Source: Oopsacas minuta (Eukaryota > Animalia > Porifera). Taken from it: a DNA stretch of 14,886 bases. Made by a program: the position numbers and the translations under genes. Positions 8,951-14,886 of the stretch are shown here, one piece after another (position 1 is the stretch's first letter; each line of letters begins with the position of its first letter). The DNA lies in contig JAKMXF010000136.1 in the NCBI GenBank assembly GCA_024704765.1, forward strand, positions 1 to 14,886, read 5' to 3'. The notes below the pieces were generated by a model, which was given only the letters and a program-made list of their open reading frames with translations, was not told the origin of the DNA and searched no databases.

Positions 8951-9727
8951 CAGAAATTTATATTTTGTATTATCCATAATTCATCCAAATTCCTTCCATG
9001 GCCTTCTGTTGTAATACTGGAACTGCTACATTGGTTTGTTTAATAATCTAGGCCTTATATGCCTCAGGGAATTAGAAATTCTGAAATTTTTAGCAATTTG
9101 GAAAATTTGTATTGTTTGTACAGTCATGATGACGTAATAATCCGATGATGAGTTAGCTTTTGTTCAGATTCATGACGTCAGGGCATTTGTCACATTGAGT
9201 GCTGACTGAATTAAAATTTCTAACTTCTATCATGTAAATTGGTTGTAATGTGTTAACAATGTCATTTTTCGATAATTCCAAAAATTTGACAATTTTTATA
9301 CAATTGTCACAGGTGTGAATTTTCGCCCAAGACACGAACTAATCCGTGCAAGGCCCAAAATACAACTCCATGCCTAGAATATTCTCAAGGCGTCTTCCAG
9401 TGGCCCCAATTAATTCTGGACATACAAATATTTATTTATGCATATGTATCTCACGTTCCCATTTAGTATCCCCCAAATTGTGTACTTTGGGCCATATATT
9501 TGAGTAAGGTTATTCGTACACATCATTTTCTACTGGTGATTTTGTGGGCTAACTAAAATACAAATAATGTAATTAGTGTAATCACTAATCAACAAATATA
9601 TCAAAGTTCCCTAGATGCTACTAGGGTGTTAGCCCTATAGTAGCACTTGTGCTATCACGCAACAGTTATTACGTTAATTCTAACAAGTTACTATAAAAAT
9701 ATACTGTACTTATTATTGTTTGTTCAC

Positions 9728-10750
9728 ATGGAAAACAATATATTTATTTTAATTTGTCAACTAAAGAAATATTCGAAACAGAGCTTCAAAAACTCAATTT
9801 GCAGTTGGTAGGGCGAGAGCAGTTAGATGGGATTATCGAGAGTTACAGAGAAGACAATTGCAGTACATTAAAGAGGGTGAAATCCGTTGGACTACACAGA
9901 GCAAGTACTCGTAGTGGTTAAGGGAGACCGGTGGGATATGTTAGTGACCGCACATCAAGAGCAAAGTCATTGGGAGGAGACAGCATGTACGAGTATTTCA
10001 TGAGCCATAACTATCACGAGCTTCGTGCAGTAATTGTCCTCTTCTTACTCCCTGCAGCATTTGCCAAGCCAACAAAGGCGGGATATGTGTTTGCCGATGA
10101 TCTTGATTACTATTCCTACAACCATACCATACTCCCGCTGATCGTAACACAAGTTACACCTTATTTTATCATTATTAGCGGCCGGTCCGACCCAATACCC
10201 TCTGATCCATCCCTCTCACCTCTACCACCGGCATCTCCTATTCCCTACGCATCTGACTCCTACTTCACTGACCATCTTCTCTGTCCAGCTTATGTAATAG
10301 ATGATTGGTAACTGCACTCTGTGAGTTGCAGCCATTGTAAACTGGATCCATTTCATGCTAACTGCCTGAACCGAGTATGGTAAGAATCCAGTACAGTACT
10401 TCTGTCCGCGCAGTAACTACTACAGGAAAGCGCGAAATACTAAGCAATCCGTCAATGAGGCTGGAGTGCGCTACGAAAGCAAGGAGCTGACATGATACAG
10501 TCTAGCAAAAATGTAGCAGACAATTGAAAAGGGGGATAATATGAGGATGCCCATTCCGTACCCTGACAATGCTAGCATTGGTCCCACCAGTCTCATTGGT
10601 ACCGTTACGGGTGTGTACTCAGAAGGAAGGGCTTTCTAGATAGTTACTGCACATGGGACAATCAATATAGTTCACCTACACTGACCTAACACCCTGTTGC
10701 ACTGACAAGTTTTTCCACCCTGACGATGTCCTTAGGAGAGAGGCGTCCTT
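9728..10750 (+). pseudogene. Ginger2/Tdd-like (KRBA2/SCAND3-like) integrase-type transposase relic with internal deletion of the DDE core
   Basis: HHCC zinc-binding module VLVVVKGDRWDMLVTAHQEQSH/GGDSMYEYFMSHNYHELRAVIVLFLL/CSICQANK (~9905-10078). A Pro/Ser linker and a degenerate C4HC3 finger follow (10282-10414), then LRKQGADMIQSSK/IEKGDNMRMPIPYPD..PTSLIGTVTGV..IVTAHGTI/CTDKFFHPDDV..EASL, resembling the KRBA2-like C-terminal pattern KQA.KM..GDNV.VP.P.VDR..P.N..G.V..T..G. No rve core is seen between HHCC and the linker. Confidence 0.75.
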
Positions 10751-11317
10751 GGGTTTGATGGTACTAATACAACATTTAGCCATATAAGCGGACTTCAAAG
10801 GCGTCTGAGATTACTTGCACGAAATGAATTTATCTCCACTACAGGTCCCATAAACTTCAACTTGCTGCTGTCAATGCTTGTGTAGGACATGTACAAACCA
10901 TGAGAGTGTAGGTACAATGTCTATAATCTAGAAAACTTTCCATTATTCTCCCAAGAAAGCTTAAAAACTTTCGGTCATCTAAGTGGAACCCCAGTCTTCT
11001 GAGTTTAAAATGGAAAAACCTAGTGATACTCGATGGCTCGCACGTGAAAGAGCGGTGAGTACTGTGCGACGGAGTATCCCAGCATTGGTAAGCATATGTG
11101 AAGAGATATACGATGAAACTTGTAATACAAGAACATGGAATTGTGACTCTTTTGTTAGAACACAAAACTGTAGCTTGTATCTATATGCTATCAGATGTAC
11201 TCGATACAGTAGTCAAGTTACATGGGAAAGCGATTGGCCTTGCAGTGTGCCATTAATAGTCAATAGTAACACTGAAAGACTAACAGACATTAACGAAATA
11301 GTAGAAGACACCACCAC
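10748..11317 (+). pseudogene. Outer hAT (ZMYM1-like) transposase, middle segment, 5'-truncated and interrupted at 11317
   Basis: LGFDGTNTTFSHISGLQRRLR (second D); KTFHYSPKKA; KMEKPSDTRWLARERAVSTVRRSIPALVSICEEIYDE (conserved hAT TRW motif, ORF 10983-11405); KTVACIYMLSDVLDTVVKL; VPLIVNSNTERL..EDTT. Confidence 0.9.
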
Positions 11318-13966
11318 CAGCCACGGATCTAACAGGGGGGTCAGCACCCCCCAACTTTTCATGGGATTCTCAAGGATATTTGAAAATTATTGTCAATATT
11401 TTTAAATTTTTACATTTTTAATTATATCAATTTCAATCACAATGTGACAAATCATATTAGCTTAATGAAAAGACAACTTCTTGAAAATTTCTTTGTAACT
11501 CAGACTACTATTAACAACCACTCCCTAAATAGTCAGAGTTCCTCAGAAGACTCCTCTTTTGGTGAAAATTCAGTCAGGCAAGGGTGTATGGATTCAATTC
11601 AATTGCACCAAGCATCATCCTTTGGAGCATACAATGTACCTGGTCCTAATGATTTTCATCCTTATATTTAGAATTCTCACCGATATAGGTACGAAGGACA
11701 ATGGTCCTCCCCAGCCGATTCTCTCCTCGTACTCCAAAGCGATATTAACTAATAATTTAAACATCGCAAATGTAAAAGTTTTCAGAGTGGTTGGTATGAT
11801 ATTTACCCTTGGATTGGCTCTAGTATTAGTACGAATCGAATATATTGTTTCCCATGCGTATATTTTAGTTCTTACAAACGAGAGACAACTTTTACTCAAA
11901 AGGTTTTGATAATTGGGGAAAAGCAAATTTGAAAGACAAAGGGTTAGGTAAATATAGTACATCACTGGGGCATATAACTAGCATGATTAAGTGGCAAGAA
12001 TATATAGAGCAATTAATACACATCTACATTTCGATTACATCAAGGTTGTACCCGCATAGGTCAGATATAATGGAGAATCATGTTAAATATTTTAATATCT
12101 TATTGGAGTTATTCGTTACTTCTGTGTATAAGAAATATCTTTCAGAGAAGATGACGAAACTTCAGATTCTCTTAACAAAGGGAATTTTAGTGAATTAGTG
12201 GAGTTAAATTTTTATGTCAATTAAGATTTCAGGGATACTAGGGAGAAGATTAAAGTTCAATACTCCATACATGTAGATTATCTTAGTAAGAATAATTACA
12301 ATGAATTAATATCATTGATGGCATCTGAAGCCCAAAGGAAAATAGGCGATGAAGTAAAAAGTAGTCTATTTTTTCATTATTAATGTACGAGTCCAGAAAC
12401 AATAGCGGACATGAACAACTTAGTTTCTGCAATCGATTTTGTCATGGGTCCGTACCCAATAAGAAATTTCTTGGATTTCACAATTTAGAGAATTTGATAC
12501 ATTAAGTCTATCAAATGAAGCAGAAGTTATTATTTCAATGCTACAAACATCTGGAACACTCGTAGCTGTTTCAATGGATGGTGCACGCGTAATGAGTGGG
12601 CATATTAGTGGTGTTCATGCTCCTCTTAATAATGTATACCCATGGCTAGTGTACATTCATTGTAATGCTCATCTACTCAATATGATAATTGCAAATCTCT
12701 TTGAAAAAACATCTTGTAAAGGTTGTACTAGTATTTAGATTCTCTACACATTTTTCACCAAACAAAAATATCGATCTTTTGAAAAAAGTCAACTGGAATT
12801 AGGAGAAACTGTTCAAAGATTCCACAAAGACATGATATTAGATGGGTTTCTTGATTTAATCCAGTAGACACAGTATACAAACGATATCAAGCAATTCTGA
12901 TCACATTATGCCATAGGGCTGAAGAATATGATAGGCAGTCAATAACTGCAACTAGTTCGGCTGATGGTGGATTTATTCTTACTATCGTATTGCTACATTT
13001 AGAGTTAGGTATTTAACCACCTCTCTCTTTACCACCAATCAACGAGTATCAATTGGCATCATGCAATTCACAAAATATCTGTGGTTAAGAAAACAATCGG
13101 AGATCTCAATAATCAGCAAATATTATCGGATAATATTAAAAAAGACCGAAACATTAAGTTAAAAATGTGCTATACCTTTAAAAGTAAATAACACCCTGCT
13201 GAATTTCTTAACAGTATCACAAATCAAGTACGAAATCTCATTTCAGATGCTTTAGATAAGCGATTTTCAATCCCCAGTATTAACACATTGAAGGGTCTGG
13301 ATAGAATAAATTCTCAAACTTTGCATTTTTTGAATTTTAGTAGTCTGAAACAATTACTTGAACAATATTCTGAGGTTTTGAATATTAACGAAATTTTTTC
13401 TACAAATCGATATATTGAAATACCATGCCTTTACTGATGTTGATTCTGATTTGAAAAACATGAACCCTGAATTCTATCCTAATGTCTTGAAATTGATCCA
13501 TTTTACTACTTCATTGCCGGTGTTTCTGCGTCTGTTGAGCTTACATTTTCATGTATGAATAGAATAATAACTTTCGAGAGGGGGAAATTATTTGGTGTCT
13601 TTTAGGTGATATTGCAGTCTTAGCCTGTAACAGAGATAGAACTCAGAGTTTGGATTTATACGAGATTATTCAAGCTTTTGCTGCAAAAGAAAGAAAAATA
13701 CCATTAAAGAATTAAATTTTTAGTATATGTTAAGAAATTGATTGCATCTATTGTTTGTCTTCATTAAGCCATTGTTTTGTTCTTACTAGACTTCTTTATT
13801 AGACAATTAAAGAGACATATACTAATTTAGAACCTGTATTCTAAGAATATTTAATATATAAATGTCCGGAATCAGAGACTGTACATTTCACAAATAGCTA
13901 AATTTAAGTGATATTTACTTTTTAAATTTGCACCCCCCCAAAAATTCTACCCTGGATCCGTCCATG
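11318..13966 (+). mobile_element. Complete inner hAT element (2649 bp) with imperfect TIRs and an 8-bp TSD, nested in the outer hAT
   Basis: Left end CAGCCACGGATCTAA (11318-11332) versus right-end reverse complement CATGGACGGATCCAG (13952-13966): 10/15 identity, core ACGGATC shared. Subterminal G/C tracts (GCACCCCCC) occur at both ends. Flanks ACCACCAC (11310-11317) and AGCACCAC (13967-13974) match at 7/8, the hAT TSD length. The outer reading frame resumes across the insertion. Confidence 0.9.
11670..13715 (+). pseudogene. Transposase pseudogene of the inner hAT (TTF-type zinc finger, DUF4371-like region, dimerisation domain)
   Basis: DIGTKDNGPPQPIL; KSFQSGWYDIYPWI..RIYCFPC..FDNWGKA..GLGKYSTSLGHITSMIKWQEY (TTF-type finger); FREDDETSDSLNKGNFSELV; ELISLMASEAQRKIGDEVKSSLFF; HEQLSFC..KFLGF; VAVSMDGARVMSGHISGV..VYIHCNAHLLNMII (D and CxxH, ORF 12538-12738); IRWVS; LYPNVLKLI..LP/SVE.TFSCMNRI; IIQAFAAKERKIPLKN*. 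Many frameshifts. Confidence 0.9.
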
Positions 13967-14650
13967 AGCACCACCTAGTTCAAGAGCCATTCTTTAGTTT
14001 TTCCAGATGATTCTCAAGTGAGTAGAAAACACATTGTGATCATGGAAGAGGAAATATTCAATTTCTTCAGATAGTTTATCGGCCATCTATACAAAGCGTG
14101 ATTGATCATATCCGAAATATGATGGAGTGCACTGATCTAGCCTCTTCTATGTCCGTTTTGGATCCGGGCCATCTCCCTAAATATCCAACTATCGCTTAAA
14201 TATAGAATGGAAAAGATGAAAATGCTGATAAATTACTATAGTGTAATCTAACATGTCAACTTTGGTGATAATGGTGGTCTCACAACCATATATTGATGGA
14301 GAGGAAACTGGAGCAGAATGGAAATTTTACTTCGGATAATTTCGAGGCATTTCAAGAGTAGCTCTTTGCAAGATGTACTATCAAAATTGATCAATGGCGG
14401 AGACGTTTCGAATGCATTTCGCTCTTATCAAGTTTACCTGCAATAGTAGAGGTATACTGGTAGCAACAGCCACTGTTGAACGTACTTTTAGCACTATGAA
14501 ACTAATAAAAACATAACTCCCCCAGCAGGATGGGCGAGGACACACTTGAACACACGATACACATATGATTGAAGGCCCTGAGCACCTAACGAATTGTAAG
14601 TTAGACCATAGCCTTCTTAATATCAGGCCTAACATCATATGTGCCAGGGA
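13967..14650 (+). pseudogene. Outer hAT (ZMYM1-like) transposase, C-terminal segment including the hAT dimerisation domain
   Basis: STT*FKSHSLVFPDDSQV; IQSVIDHI; STDLASSMSVLDPGHLP; YRMEKMKMLINYY; IDGEETGAEWKF; SLQDVLSKLINGGDVSNAF; VATATVERTFSTMKLIKT (catalytic E motif); SRMGEDTLEHT..IEGPEHL. Right TIR not identified. Confidence 0.9.
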
Positions 14651-14714
14651 TGAATTAGTGTATCATAAACTTGATCTATAACTCTGGAATTTCAATACTT
14701 ATCACTATTTTGTA

Positions 14715-14766
14715 TTACCTCTCATAGTAAATATTTCATTCTAAAAATATTTACTATGAGAGGTAA
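14715..14766. repeat. Perfect inverted repeat, 22-bp arms with an 8-nt spacer
   Basis: TTACCTCTCATAGTAAATATTT (14715-14736) and AAATATTTACTATGAGAGGTAA (14745-14766) are exact reverse complements; the spacer is CATTCTAA. Confidence 0.95.
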
Positions 14767-14793
14767 CTCTACGTAAATAATAGTATCAATATA

Positions 14794-14886
14794 CAGGGTG
14801 TCTAATAAGTTCTGTTATATATCAATTCCCCAATAATTTCAAATTTATCCATTGTAAAGCCATGAAACTTTCTATTTTCTTAGGAC
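14794..14886. mobile_element. Start of another copy of the left-edge Tc1/mariner family; TIR at 14794-14819 preceded by TA
   Basis: TA|CAGGGTGTCTAATAAGTTCTGTTATA, a 26/26 inverted match to 72-97. Internal sequences beyond the TIRs differ, consistent with the two different ends of the family. Confidence 0.8.

Noticed and set aside
8955-9540. Minus-strand stretch (including ORF 9153-9335) with faint hAT-like echoes such as FVCPELI and YKFSKLLKISEFLIP
   Set aside because: The similarity is too weak and fragmentary to support by eye. A frameshift-aware BLASTx would decide.
9622-9637. TAGGGTG..CCCTA as a collapsed hATm-type element
   Set aside because: There is no direct 8-bp TSD and the right end is imperfect. 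It is kept only as a hairpin observation.
10857-14638. ORFs 10857-11165, 11559-11909, 11615-11965, 11929-12198 and 14381-14638 as separate proteins, including hydrophobic 'membrane-like' ones
   Set aside because: They are off-frame or antisense readings of the two hAT pseudogenes. The meaningful motifs switch frames at frameshifts.
1-14886. CRISPR array, tRNA, rRNA, bacterial operon or retrotransposon RT
   Set aside because: I saw no regularly spaced repeats, cloverleaf or rRNA-like segments, dense intact ORFs or YxDD-type motifs. The window is eukaryotic DNA-transposon debris.
1-14886. Species assignment (the transposase set reminds me of sponge genomes such as Oopsacas or Amphimedon) and a CpG-methylation decay signature
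   Set aside because: The species impression is from memory only and TE families are widely shared. Only one or two CGA>TGA-type stops were noticed, too few to call a mutational bias without a consensus alignment.

Overview
AT-rich eukaryotic (probably invertebrate animal) DNA made almost entirely of decayed and partly nested DNA transposons. I see no intact protein-coding gene, RNA gene, CRISPR array or retrotransposon. Left to right: the terminus of a Tc1/mariner-type element (to 97); a near full-length but disrupted THAP + P-element transposase on the minus strand (~140-2903); the C-terminal half of a divergent hAT-like (CxxH-type) transposase (~3538-4020); two pogo/Tigger-like MITE remnants; the 3' end of a DD37E Tc1-like element (minus) and the 3' end of a mariner (plus), joined back-to-back at the single N at 5930; a short CpG-rich island (~6890-7095); the N-terminal half of the same divergent hAT-like family (~7857-8950); a Ginger2/KRBA2-like integrase relic that keeps HHCC, PHD-like and C-terminal modules but lacks the catalytic core (~9728-10750); a ZMYM1-like hAT pseudogene split by a complete 2.65-kb second hAT with TIRs and an 8-bp TSD (11318-13966); a perfect 22-bp-arm hairpin; and the start of another copy of the left-edge Tc1/mariner family (from 14794). 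Most ORFs in the supplied track are frameshift fragments or antisense shadows of these pseudogenes. Family assignments come from motif recognition by eye and from memory, not database searches. Pseudogene boundaries are approximate; TIR, TSD and hairpin coordinates were read directly. I found no confidently novel biological system. The best leads are the swapped halves of the poorly classified transposase, the PHD-bearing core-less integrase element, the hAT-in-hAT nesting, and the identical TIRs bracketing the whole cluster.
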